NCBI GenBank assembly: GCA_047967505.1
Contig: CM106538.1
From: Dipteris shenzhenensis
Lineage: Eukaryota
DNA length: 64,000 nt
Direction: 5' to 3' (one strand)
In this document: positions 37,570 to 51,100 of the stretch, one piece after another
How the letters are laid out: every line of letters starts with the position of its first letter
Position numbering within the stretch: position 1 is the stretch's first letter
The notes under the pieces: model-generated
The model's database searches: none
Told to the model about the DNA's origin: nothing
Seen by the model: the letters and a program-made list of their open reading frames with translations, nothing else
Translations under genes and position numbers: made by a program

Positions 37570-40500
37570 TATTAAAAGTCTTCAAAATAGAGAGGATGTA
37601 TTAAAGTCCTTGAGAACCTTCAAGATCTATGGGACTACTACATTCAAAAATTGAAGAAGGCCTTGCTATGTTGTGAGTATTTGCCTAGCTAATTGGCGTG
37701 CCATGTCAAGGACTTTGTTATAGTGTCCGAAAACTTCCTTTAGGTTGGCCCTCAGCTGTTTGGTTGGTTGTTTCAAACAGTCTTTTCAAGTTGTTAGTGT
37801 TGGTGTAATTTTTCCCCCTGATATGAGGCTCAACACTGTAAGAGCTTGTGCTGCTAATTTTCTCTCTCCCCTTGGCGGCATATTTTTTAGATTCTTGCAT
37901 CCCTTGGTTGGTGTTGCCCATCTAACCCTTTCCACCTACCTCTAGGTCTTGGGAGATGCTCCGTATTTTATAGATTAAACGCCTTTTGAACAGTGACATA
38001 TCCTCCCCGATATATTTTTTCATTTCATATCTGCCATTGGGTTAAAAATCTTGTTTATAGAACTGTGTTTTTTGCCCCCAGATCTTGCCATAGCTTCTCT
38101 AGCATTTTTTGCACGAACAAATTACCGTATCTTCTTGGATATCAGCAGCGTGTATGCCCCATATATCCATTCATCCCCGAGCCTCCATTGCTTTGCGTGG
38201 GGTCTTGCTCGCAACCAGCTTCTCAAGCTCAGTCTTGCATCTAAAAGCTCCTCCTTGAATGTGAGGGTAATTTGTTTATTTCAACTTCCAATAACTGCTA
38301 CTTTTGTCTTTGCAAGGTTGACATACCTCGTGACCCGAACTCCCCCTCTCCTATGTGATCTCATCCGATCTTCTAGTTCATTGATAAAGAGACCAAAGAG
38401 AGTTAGTGAGAGGGAGCAGCCTGGCCTGATCCTTGTGTTGGTGAGAGGGAGCAGCCTTGCTTGGCCCCTATGTTGGTGCTTTTTCTGGAGCATGACCCAA
38501 TCTACTAAATGTTACGCTAGCTTAACTAGCACCCTTTTGTATATTCAGACTAGGACTTCTTTGAGTACTAGGGGGACTTGGAGCTATTCTAGTCTCTCCC
38601 ATAGCTTTTTATGGGGAACTATGTCAAAAGCTTTCTTGAAGTGTACAAAGCAGCAATAGACAACCTTTTCTTATTCTTAGCTCGGCTCTTACTGTGGGAA
38701 CCTTGTCTCGAATGGTGCCCTAGTCCCTTGTATTTCCGCCCATTTGCTGATTTTTGCTCAATGATGGTGCCATGCAGTCATTATGGCCATTAGGCTACGT
38801 CCATGATTGTTTTGAAGTTTTTTGCCACCTTGCTACCAAAAACCTGTCATCCGAAACCAAGAACACGGGAACCGCAATCAGCATCCAGAATACAGATCGA
38901 GGAAACTGAGACCTTGTCATCACCAACAAATTCTAAATCCTCTAAACTCGGAACGAAGATCATTAGGATTCAGTTTTAACTCCCAAACTCTTTCATCGAA
39001 CACAATGCGGGCTGGAATTCAGGAGCCGAAACCCATAACTTTCATATCAAAACAGCCCTCCAGTAAATATGGACCTGGAAACCCGAGTCAAGATCCTTGG
39101 AGTACACGAACCGAAACATTAGATCCATAACATGAGAACCGAAGCTAATCGTTCTGAATACAGCCCTCTCACAGATTCTAAACCAGAACTCAACATTTGG
39201 CCCTTCTCATACACTAACGCCCAAAATGACAAGGAGGATCCTATCTCCCGAACATGCAAACAAGGGTAAGTTCATCCAAGACCTGATAGAACTAATACCA
39301 AATATGGCATAGGGCAATAATACCAAAATCTAAAGGTTCGCAAGTAACCGAATGTCTAAAAATCTAGAGATCCACAATCCAAAGATCTACTAATCAAGCA
39401 TTCCGTTAGTCCTTGTATGTTTGGGGCCTTCCCCTTTGCTAGCTTCTTCAACATCATCGTCTGTGATGATGTCATCTTTAGCCTTTTATAGAGAATTTAT
39501 TATTGTCCCTCTTGTCCCCATCTCTTTTGGAGAGTTCTTTGAAAAACTCAGGATGCTTTCCTCACCTAATATATTTGCTGCCTTGTAGCTTCTAAAAAAA
39601 CTTTGTAACCTTCTGTATGCTCTAGGTTGGGACTCTTTTTTCGCCGTGTCTACTATTTTCCAAGCATTATTTGTTGTTTTGCATTTATGCTCCTCCCTTT
39701 ACTTTTTATAAAGCATTTATGGCATGCTTCCTATAGTATTACTCCCGTGCATAATTTCCAAGCATTATTTGTTGTTTTGCATTTATGCTCCTCCCTTTAC
39801 TTTTTATAAAGCATTTATGGCATGCTTCCTATAGTATTACTCCCATGCATTTATTCATATGCGTGGTAGGTAGGAGGCATTGGATAATATGATATTTTTG
39901 TTCCCAATTCCCTCTCATAGATGTGAGACTTTTTATAATCCATGCTCACCTTGGGGATGCTATAGCTTTCTATTTTTCTAGAGCAAATTTTGTTCCTTTG
40001 AGCCCTAGCAACATTGCTTTGTGGTTGGATTCCAGGGTCTCTTCATCAATCAGGAGGTATTGCCTCGCAGCCAGGATTATGATCATGTAGTTGATCACCA
40101 TTGACGCTTGGGGTACCCATATCTATAATCCAAAGCATTCACATAGGGTGAGGAGCTGTCTCCGTGATTCCTGTGTCCTCTAATGCCATTTTCCAACCCC
40201 TTCTTTCCTTATTGTCCTCTTCCATTTCTACCACCCATATGGGGTCTCTCCCCTCCATTGTCATGAAGCCTTGCTTTGATCCTATTACTAAATTGAAATC
40301 TCTTACCAAAATAACTGTGGGGTCTTTAGAGAACCTAGATATGTCCTCTCCCAAACATAAGAGCATCTTCCTTGATATGTGGCTATTAGTTGTAGATGGG
40401 TGATTGAGGAGGTGCAAAATAACATTCTTCTAGATAAGTGCTCCCTTCTTCTACCGTTATCTCTAACCAAATATATTGTTTATGTGGTCTTCCCTTATGA

Positions 40501-41530
40501 TCTTAACTACTTTTTCCCATGCTTTACTGATGTAATATGCTATTCCACGAAAGCCTTGCCCTCTAATATTTTTTTTAAAGTTCCATATTAATGTTTTTTA
40601 AAACAAACTTGTATTTCTAGGTCATCATTCCTTTAAATAAATATGCATGTGTTTGATGTTTCCTCTTCTAGTGCGATGACCTTGTCTAAGGACCATGTCC
40701 CCATGTTCTATATTTTGATCTTGAATGTCTCGAAACCTTACATTTTATTGCCTCTTTCTATGATGATAACTTTTCCATTTCTCATGTAGGTGTTCTTTCC
40801 CCTCCTTTTCTTGAGTACCTCAATTTTTGGAAGTATTGACTCCTTGCAAGGCCCTCTTTTACCCATATTGAGTGCCACTTGAGGTGATGCTTATGGTTGA
40901 ACAGTTGGTGTCCTTGAATGTGATAATTGTATTGACTCCTTACAAGGCCCTCTTTTACCCATATTGAGTGCCACTTGAGGTGATGCTTATGGTTGAACAA
41001 TTGGTGTCCTTGAATGTGATAATTGTTGTCTTGACTTCTTCCCCTTCTTCTCCACTCTAACGGCATCCTTCCATTTCCTTGTTGAGATGCTCATTACCTT
41101 TTGGAAGACATGGGTGAGACTTGTTTCATGTCCTTATCCTCACTATCTTCTACCCCCACAATTTGATGGTTAAGGGCTTTGAAAGAGATGGGTGAGGATT
41201 TCTTCTATATCCTCATCTTCACTCCCTTCTACCCCAAAATTCCAAGGTTGTGGGTTTGCATACTCCTTTTGTCCTCTTAATGTAAAGGTTAGCTCATCCA
41301 TTTTGTTGTTGACTAAACCATCAATGGTGGTGATGACATCTTGTGTTTTTGGCACCTGTGAATCTTGCATCTTAGCTGTTCCCCCATGCACCATTTTCTC
41401 AAGCATTTTTTGTTCCAAATTTTTGGTTTCCTTGCTAACCTTTGCTAACCTTGGAATACTCAACATTTTGTTTTCCATTGCCAACATCTTTTGGGATATC
41501 TCTCATGCTCCTTTAACTAATTAACCTCTT
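37565..41530 (-). mobile_element. Heavily degraded near-full-length non-L1 LINE (ORF1, endonuclease, RT remnants)
   Basis: Coiled-coil ORF1 41170-41487, ORF1 C-terminus LKWHSIWVKEGL..YMRNGKVIII, endonuclease VILVRDFN, RT RPGCSLSLTLFGLFINEL and NLAKTKV, 3' GTCCCATAGATC tail plus (TC)n. Contains 98-bp (39657-39852) and 96-bp (40833-41028) tandem duplications and an insertion at ~38820-39400. Confidence 0.7.
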
Positions 41531-42519
41531 TGCTCTGATATTATGTTCGATTACATGGTTGAGAGAAGAAGATTATTTTTAAAAAAGTACTTCAATGTAT
41601 TTCATAATCAATCCATACATCATTCCTTTTGAGGACTTGTGGAAATTGGGGTTGGGGTTTGAACTATACTTTGGATTCAAAGAGCTTTCCTATGGGTAAA
41701 GAATTTTGGGCCATTATTTTATCATAAACTAGAACACACACACACACAAATATATATATATATATATATATAAGTGCAAATGAGGATAAAAAGCTTGTAG
41801 CCATCAACCAAGTACATATGAGGGGGAAATGAGAGCATTAATAAAACATAGAACTATTTGGGTTTCTTTTTGAAATGATTTTAGAAGAGGATGAGCCCCT
41901 GTTCCCAAAGCTAGTGTGAATTTTTTGCACTTCCTCTTTGGAGGGTTCCTTCATGTTTTTAACAAAGGCCCTTTCAGACACTTGGGGAACCATTGCAAAA
42001 CACACCAAACTGTAAAGCAAATACAAGCTGCTCCAAAGCTAACTACAAAGGAAAGGAGAGGAAGATCCTTGGTGCAAATATGTGATATATATGTATGTGT
42101 GTGTGCACACACACACGTGTGTGTGTGTGTGTGCGCGCGCGCATGCGCGTGCGCGTGTGTGTGTGTAGTAGACATTTACAACACCCCTTTCCATAGTAAA
42201 GAGTAGACAATTTTGGAGAAGGAAAGAGAAATGTTTAATAGACAAACATTGCAATAGACATTAAAAAAAAGGAGTAGCATCATTAAAGGATGAACAATTT
42301 TCTAAAAAAGAAAATGTGAGCAGTAGAGCTTTGATAAGTTATTGGCAGCATCACTTTTATTGAAGAGGGGAGTTTGCCTACCTGTCACCATTCAACAAGC
42401 AAACATGATAAGAACCAGCTTAACTTGGGAAGACATTTGTCATAGACACCCCTTCCTTGTTATCGGGGTCACAAAATAATATAGAAGCTTTGCCATATAC
42501 TTAACATGCTCAAAGTTAA

Positions 42520-44343
42520 AAAATTGTGGTGTGAAAAAGGGTTAATTTAGGAGGGTAATTTATTGTAAGGGACTTATAGACAAGTGGCAGAAGGAAGGGG
42601 GAGAAACAAGGGGGGGAAATTTTTTTAAGGAAGAAAGAAAAAGGGTCTTGGGTATAGAAAAAACCAGAAAGAAAATAAGGTAACAAATAGAAGGGGTAGA
42701 TGGGAGAAATATATAGGAGAGGTTTTAAACAAAATCTTGGGAACTAACAACAAAGAACCAAATGGGGGGGGGGGGGGGGGTGAAACATTCTAATAGGGGA
42801 GGGAAAGGTAAAAAGACAAACTAAGCAAGGGGGATTTTGCTTGTGTGAGATGATGAAAAGAGGGAGAAGTGAAGGGGTGTGGGAGGAGTGAGGAATTGGG
42901 TCTTTATTGATGCAAATAATCTGAAAAAAATTGGCCAACTGAAAGAATGATAGAATAGAGGGAAAAGGGACATGACTGAGAGGGAGAGGGAGAAAGAGTC
43001 TTCAAATGAAAAGAGATGGGAAAAATGAAAGAGGGGGAGAGAGGATGAAAAAGATTGGTGAAGTGAGGGGGTGTTTTTTTTTTAAATTTAAGGAGAAGGG
43101 GAAAGAGGTGAAGTGAGGGGGGGTTTAAAGTTAAAAAGAGAAGGGGGGATTAAAAGAGAAAACATAAGGGGGGAAGACTTTAATGAAGGAAGAGAACAAA
43201 AGGGGGTTGTAAATAAAACATTGAAAGAAAGAACCTAAGAGAGTCGAGGAGCAAGGCAATTGACAGGTATGCCAAGGAGGAGAGCTAAGTGAAGAGCCGG
43301 GCATGTAAGATGACAACAATGCAGCGCTTAACATGGACAGTCCATGAATTCCACATCCGTGAAGAGAAGGCCGTGCACAGTAGCCGAGGGGGTAGAGAAA
43401 TAGCAGCAGACTCAGCAGAGTATGTTTGACATGCAAATTGGAATTGTGGAGAGGCGGGTTTGCGTCAGTAAGTACGCCAATGTCAGTAAGGTAGGTGCTG
43501 GTACAGGGGTAGAGTTATAGAGGGGAGTGGCAGCCCAATTGAGAGATTGGAAAGGTCACCAAAAGTAGTGGCGAGGCGGGTAGGATAGAAGGAGAGTTGC
43601 TTTTAAATATGTAGTAGGGTGGGCAGTCGGGGAGTCGAGAAGATAGAGAGAAAGCTAAAAAAGGCTAAGAACATAGAATGGCGGGTAAGCACGAGGAAGG
43701 GGTTTAAAGGTTGGTAAAAAAATTAAAAGAATAGCTCAATTGGCTAACAAGGGGTTTATTAAGAGTAGGAAATTTTATTAAATAGAGGGATAAAATTTTA
43801 AGGATAAATTTAGGAAAAAATTAGGTGTAGTTGAGGAAAAGAAAGTGGGAGAAATGAGATAATTAGAAAATAGGAAAAATTTAAGGAGATAGGGTCAGGA
43901 ATCCAAACATGGAGCGAGGGTGAGTCAAGGTTTGAGTAGGTAAGGTTTTGAGAGGGAGTCGGGTCTTGTTAAGGGGTAGTTAGGGTTAGATAAAGGAGTA
44001 AATTAAAGAAAAAATGTGGAAAAAACCTTTGAATAGCTCGAAAATAATTTTGGGAAAAAAGGAGGAACTTAGGGGGCGGGGGGGGGGATTAAGGGAGATT
44101 GAGGAAAACTGGGTGTAGTAAGGGAAATTAGGTGTGGTAGGGATAAATTAAAAATGTAAAAAAATGGCAAATAAAGAAACAATAAGAGAAAACATAATAA
44201 ACAAATTTTTTTAAGAAATAAGGTAAACTAGGTACAAGAATGGGGCAAATAAATATATAGGGAGAGAGAGAGAGAGAGAGAGAGTAGTGCTTAAATAGGT
44301 GAGGGAGTTACGTCAAGGAAGGGGGATTGGGAAAGAGAATCGG

Positions 44344-44383
<40 letters not shown>

Positions 44384-44410
44384 GGGGGAGGGAGATAGAT
44401 AGATACATAG

Positions 44411-44457
<47 letters not shown>

Positions 44458-44460
44458 TTC
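42520..44460. other. Purine-rich, C-depleted tract ending in (GA)n
   Basis: Very few C on the + strand at ~42520-43230 and ~43720-44290, with normal composition in the 43240-43710 core. Confidence 0.8.
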
Positions 44461-44708
44461 TTGAATGGTCAAGTATCATGTGAGCCTATGTAGATCTTAT
44501 TCCCTTAGCCTTCTTGGGAAGATGATTTTGATAATCTTTAAAGGGCCATATATTAGATGCGAACTTGGAGTTGGTATTATCATTTAAACCAAGTAGAGTC
44601 TGGAATCAAAAGTGGATCTTATTGATGGATTTTAACTTGAATTTTTTTCTTTTTAGCAATCCAAAGGATTCTCACTTATTGTCATTTAAACCAAGTGGAC
44701 TCTATATG

Positions 44709-45989
44709 TTTTTCCCCCCCATTAAAAAGACTTCTACTAAGTATGAAAAATGCCCATGTGAGCAAGCTCAAAGTGGAAATAATCATGCTCTACATGAGGA
44801 GACCCCCCTAAAATAGGGAACAAAAAACTCAAAATGAGCTAGAAAGAAACGAAGGTTGAGGCTAAAAGTGCCACCTCAACCCTGCTGTAGTCTCTAATAA
44901 AAAGGTGGAACCCCTCCATTCCTTAAGGAATATAACCCTCCTAGCTGAGGCTGCCCAGGAAGAACCCTACATGCTCGCCCAATAGGCCAAGGTGTACGAG
45001 GGATGGACATGAGATCCGTCTAAGGCCTCTGTGCATCTAGACCTCCAAATCTGCCAAGCAGTGATGCTAGCAAGTATCTCCCAAGCAATATCCCCATCAG
45101 TATGTACTGGTCTATAGTGAGAGATAGGCACATCCTACATCCCATGACCATGTCTCAACTAGGTGGCATCGAATCAATATGGCCCAAGAAGCATCCTACC
45201 ACTCATAGAAGATTTGAGGCCCTAATGGGGAGAGCCAAGCCATTGATCCCTACACCATGAAGAAACAAGCAGGAGCAAAAGTACTAAGGGCCTTGGCAAT
45301 TTCCATCCAAATGGATCTCCCATGTCTGCAGTCCCATAGATAATGATGAATTGACTCATCAGTAGATGAGCACCTAGGACAAGTGGGATCTGCCCCAAAT
45401 CTAGACCTCCACCTATTCATTGCAAGCCCTCCATGAATAGAAAGAAAACAAAGTGACCTTTCTATTTCTTCAGGATCTCCAAATCCTTTGCCAGAAGACC
45501 CTTTGCAAATCAGTGGAAACCTGATAACTCTCCCAATGAGGGGCCCTAGAAGGTCTCGAACCTCTATAGCTGCTGATCTAGAACTTCCTCGCATTATTGA
45601 CCATGTAACCAAAAAAAGGAAGGCTCTTCTCTTGGTTCCCTGCAACAATCCATTCCCACTCTCCAGGGTCCCATTGAAGAAATTTTATGGGGACTCCTCC
45701 AAAGAGCCACAACCTCCAAGAACCCAAAAGAGAAAGACAATGGCTCAGATCAATATGGCATGCAGAGTCCTTGCCTTGATCCAAAAAGCCTATGATTCGG
45801 ACAGGCTGAAAAGGCATGCCCAAAAGAATATCGTCTGAAGAAATAACTAGCCTGCCACTTGCATGTATAGAAAAAACAAAGGCATCCTCGTGTGCTCCCA
45901 AAAAAGCTATTACTTGGAGAGGAATGCCTGTCCTCAAGAAATCCTCCATCCATATGGAATAAAAAATGGGCTTGTCATTTGTATCCACC
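44709..45989 (-). mobile_element. 5'-truncated, older L1-clade LINE 3' fragment
   Basis: FLQWDPGEWEW, IHGGLAMNRWRSRFGADPTCPRC..HYLWDC, family 3' UTR; approximate TSD CTATATG(T/C)TTT at 44702-44712 and 45990-46000. Confidence 0.85.
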
Positions 45990-48154
45990 CTATATGCTTT
46001 GAATCACATGGTTAGAGGATTTTGGCTTGAATATTTACCTTTTTGGCAATCCAAAGGCCTCTCACTTATTGATTCAAGGTAGATGTAGTGAGTAAATCAA
46101 GGCATCTTGTGCTAAAAATGAAAGTTAATGATCTATCATTCAAGATTGATGCAATGAGGAGCCCAATCTTTTAGAGTAAGTTAACAAACACTAAGGAACC
46201 CAAGATTTCAACGTAAAAGGAAAAATGAAGTTTGTAATATTTTTCTTGTTTTTGCCATGTCCTTGTTACTTTCCTACATACTATTACCCAGAATAAAGTT
46301 CTTGCACTCTTAAGAGTTTTTTCCAAAAAGTGGTGAGTTGAATTGGATTTAGAGGAGGACCAACCCTCATTCTCAACCTATTTAAACATATATTTAGAAA
46401 AGATGAAAATTTCCACATTAGGGGATTTTTGTTTCTCTTCGTGCCTTTGCCTCTTGTTGCATATAATATCTCATAATAAAGCTTCTTTGCATCTCCTATG
46501 CCTTAAAATTGAGCTAAATAATAAAGCTATAATTGTTTAGGGTATAAAATGAAATAAGCCACATGGATTTTGATGCATGTACAATTAATTGGAGTGACCT
46601 TAGTCCCACATAGAAAAGTGTATGCACAATATGAAGGCATATAATGCATAAATTTCATTGGTCATATAATCCCCTTTATCCTTTTTCAATGAGCTAACAA
46701 ATTTTGTTGGTCATATAGCTCTTCCTTCTTCTCTCAGACCCTTCCTCTTATACTTAGCTTGTCTTTCTTCCAATATCTCTCAACATTTTATGCTCATTAT
46801 TTCTTACTCTCTCCCTCGTCCATTATATTATCCTCTTTGCTCATTTGTTTGACTTACCATTTTCTCTCCATCTCACCCTATTTTATTTTTTGGGGGGGGG
46901 AAACTTATAGCTACATACAAAAGTATCAAAATATTTGTGTTTGTGCACTAGACCGAGCATATTGATAGTTTCTACTATTAGAACGTGAACCAAAAGCCAA
47001 AGAAATACAGATTCTAAATGTCAATGAAGGCTCCATGGCAATGGCTTCGGTAGAGGCATCCGCATTAACTCTTTAGGTTCTAGGTTGGCCATGGATTTCG
47101 ACACTTGCCAGTGCCATGATGCATCACTTAAAAAATTTCAAGTCTATTTAAGCACTCCTATGGTTTGATGTAACCTTTAGTCTATCCCCAACAAACCTTA
47201 TCGATCTAGTTTGTAAATGTTAACCCAAGCTTGGGGAGCATCCTTGTCAAATATATTTGACTTAAGTTTGGTTCCATGATAGCCACTTGCTAGTATCTTC
47301 ATCCTAGATGTCATCCCACTCTTTAATGGATTTCTTATTAAAACATGTGTAGTTTTTAGGTCCTCTTTAGAAAGGTTTTCTATTGATCATATAATAAAAA
47401 TTCAAAGAAATCCATTTGCTATAAAGGTATTCGTCTTTCTTGTGAAAATTTTCATTTGAGTCCTTCCACAATTTACTTTCAGGGTATCACTCTTTCTTGT
47501 GAAATATTTCCATTTGATTCCTTCCACAATTGACTCCCAAGCATTCCATCTTGATTTGAACCATGAAAAACATTTAATATTTCACTCCTCAAGGTGTCAT
47601 TCATTTTTAGGGTTTTAGAGAGTGAACCATAAAACCCTATGTATATAATTTAATTAATTAATGAACATCCTAGATTCCTTGATTTTCAATGATCCTATTA
47701 ACTTAATTTCATTTAATTATGTTCATGATATTGATACTATAGCTTCAAGTCTTTTCTCTTGCTCAATGACTATGTTTGAACAAATATTTAGTTGGGATGT
47801 CTTAATGAGTTGTTATCTAATTTGCTATTTAGATCCGATAATATAATGTCATCATGAGATTTTATCATTTTCTTTTAGGTCTTATTGAGCATTATGATTT
47901 TTCTAAAGGTTTTAACCTATATGTCCAATGTTGGGAACCTATCTTCAAAAACAAAATTGAGTTTTGAAAAGAATGATAAAGATATTTTAAAAATAGTGTC
48001 AAAAACTAGTACAAGAGTTATATTTTGCAAAATGTGCCAAATTTCTCACATGTTGAACTTGATGGGAGGAGCATACTCGATCCTAATGTGTTTTGATCAA
48101 GTTACATTTATTTTTCTAAAATATATGGCCTAAAATATCCTAATGTGCCCATTG

Positions 48155-48187
48155 GTAGACCCATTAGTAGTCTACTAATGGGTCTAC
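48155..48187. repeat. Perfect 16-bp inverted repeat with 1-nt spacer
   Basis: GTAGACCCATTAGTAG-T-CTACTAATGGGTCTAC. Confidence 0.9.
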
Positions 48188-51100
48188 TATTTCTAAAAAT
48201 TCTATAACTTTGTGCTTGAGCATCGGATTTGCATCAAACTTTTTGCATTGGGTTTGTAAATTTTTTTTTCAATTGTCTTGGCATTCATAATTTGGATAAG
48301 ACTGACAAAAGTTAGAAAATTTGCATGGTTCATTGAACAAATTCATTGGTGATTTAATTTAAACATTAACCTAAGCTAAACCCCTAATGTAAATTAATTT
48401 AAATTTATCTAATCCAATCAACTTCCAACCTGCCCCTCCCTTGCCCCTTCCCCTCTGGCTCGTGGCTTGCAACCTCTCCCCTCTGATTCACTAGAGCTAC
48501 AATGGCTACTTCCTTGCCCTGCTGCTCCTCATCGCAATCTCTTCGAGCTAGCTCAAGCCCTATAGTTGGTAGCTCTACTCCTTCGCGCCCTCCCGTCCCT
48601 CATCCCTGGATGCGTGTCCTTCCACCCTAAATCCTAGAAATGGATTGAGACCTAAGCTATGACATGCTCCTCCTTGACTGCTCGGTTGCCTCCATCGTCA
48701 TGGGCCTTATCCCTTTGCTCCTCCACTATCTACGAATAGAAGCCCAACTGTAGCAACAGACTTTAGTGTATCAGAGTTTGTTGCTTGATTGCAGGATACC
48801 GATGGTGATCTGGAAGATTTGGATGCAAAGTCCATCGAAGGTAGTGTTGCATGGAGATTCAGACCATGACACAAATTTAGGGAAGAGCGAGGGTACTTTA
48901 GGGACACCATGATCGTCACCTGTGCCAGTTGATTGCCACCAGCATACGATGCAGAGAAGCCATAGGAAGCATGGAGGCTTGTGCAGGGGAGGTGGATCAT
49001 GGAGGCTGGTGCAGGGAGCTGGGCACATGCTCTCTTTATACTGCTTCAATGGCAGTTCAAAGAGTTTTAGAAGGTCATCTCTAGGGACATGTGGCATTTT
49101 TCTCTCCCCCCATTCATCCCTCTCCCTAACCCCCCTCCCCCAATGGCTAATTTAATTTTTTCTCTCATAGCCCCCCTATTGTGCCCAAAAATGATATTTT
49201 TGCCTTAAAAAATGTGCCAAATCATTGGACTTTTGATGCTTGAAATGTGGGACCAGATGGGTTCAATTTAGGACCTAAAATGGATAAGATATCGGCCCTT
49301 TAACTTGTGGTGAAAACTAAGGTCTTCTGGGGCTTTAAGGACAATCCCTTGAGTGTGAATAAACTTAAACCTTGAGAACTGACCAAATGATATTACTAGA
49401 TAAAAATCACTTGGTTATACTATTTTAGGAAATTTGGGATTTAACGATTGAGATTACAAAATGTACACATCGAAGCTGAGAATTACATAGGATATATTCT
49501 ACCCAGCATATGCACGCATTAGGTAGATGTTTCCTCGATTTGTGGAGGGTTCCATCGGCCTTATAGAAACACGCTAGAATGCATTACATTCAATAGCCAT
49601 GGGCTCCTTTTTTCGCATAGATACTCCCACACTAAGACCACCTACTCAATCTAAATATGAAGGAGTGAGTAGCACAACAAGCAATGATCTCCTAAGTTTT
49701 GGGTAGATAGAATTAGAGCTAGCACAATAAGTAGTGAGCTCCTAAGTTTTGGGAAGATAGAACTAGAGCTCAATTTCACGTTTCGATGTTCAAATGTTGT
49801 GGGCTCTAGTTCTAAGTTGTGGGTCCAATGTCACAAATAAAGCTGTAGTTCCAATATATGAGATATTAGCGTTTTGCATTTTAAATTGCTAGAATCTGGA
49901 TCCAGTTTTTTTTTTTTGAATTTTTGGTTTTCAGTGCGAGTTGAGGATCCATATTTTTGTGAGTCTTGAATCCAATTTTCATATTATTCCTAGGTTGGGA
50001 TTCAAGATTTTAAGAGTGCCAAATTCAAGTTCTTTATTGTTCATGAGTTTAGGATCTAAATGTGAGTGTCCTTGGATCCAACACTTCCCCTTGGGGACCC
50101 TTGTTTCTTGAGTGGGAATACCATGACAAGATCAAAGTCAAAATACTTTGCCTCTAAGATCAATGTTGGGGTTAAAATGTTAACTTTGTTATTCCTTGAG
50201 AAATTCATCTTGGTTTATTATTAGGGACATACTATCTTTTTCTCATGGTTTGGTCAGTCTCTCTGATTTGTAAGACTGGATTTACTATGTTTCTAACCCC
50301 CTTGGATGTACCATGTCATTTGTAATATGGTTGAATGGACATGTGCATTTATACACCCATGGTGGCCTTGAAATGGTAGAGATGGCCCATATTTTCAAAT
50401 GGAACTCACTTGGTGCTTGGAACATATACCTCCCTTAATGGCAAGAGGGTGAGAGAAAGGATTTTGGACACCTTTAGTTATTGGGGGATCTTCAGCGAGT
50501 TAATGGAGCTTGCACCCACTTGCACATTCAAAAGATAGAGATTGTTTTGTGCTCACACAATGCTCAAAGAAATTTGTAATAACCACTCCCTTAATGCCCT
50601 TGGGAAGCCCCCTTTGGAAGAAATTAAACATTGAGTATGATACTAGAGGGAAAGAGGAGATTTGGGATGTTGGCACAAAGGTAGGCAAGCGATAAACTCT
50701 ATCTAAGGAGAGTTTTTGCATTAACAAAGCCCAAGTATTTATAGGCAAAGATCAAGGAGAGGTTGCATATGGCTCTTGGCATGGAGAGACAACGGAATTT
50801 TGCTCAAGGGATCTTGATGCGCTATTTGAAGGCCAGAATAGCATCTACACTCACTCTAGGAAAGCCACGTCATTAGACTACGGATTCATTCAGTTATGTT
50901 GGTTCTCTCTATCTACTTGCTAGTTTACCTGGTAATTTATTGCCAAAAAGTACCGATTGGAACTATTCTTATGTGAGATAGTTCGAGCTATGATATGTGG
51001 TGCCTCTCACATTAGGTTTTGATTGGCTCGGCCATCTGTGAGCATCCATCGACATTTCTTTACTATGAAGTAGCTTGAAGGCTACACATCCAATAGTTTG

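Noticed and set aside
38051-38659. 202-aa + strand ORF
   Set aside because: Antisense to degraded RT motifs on the - strand; no recognisable domain.
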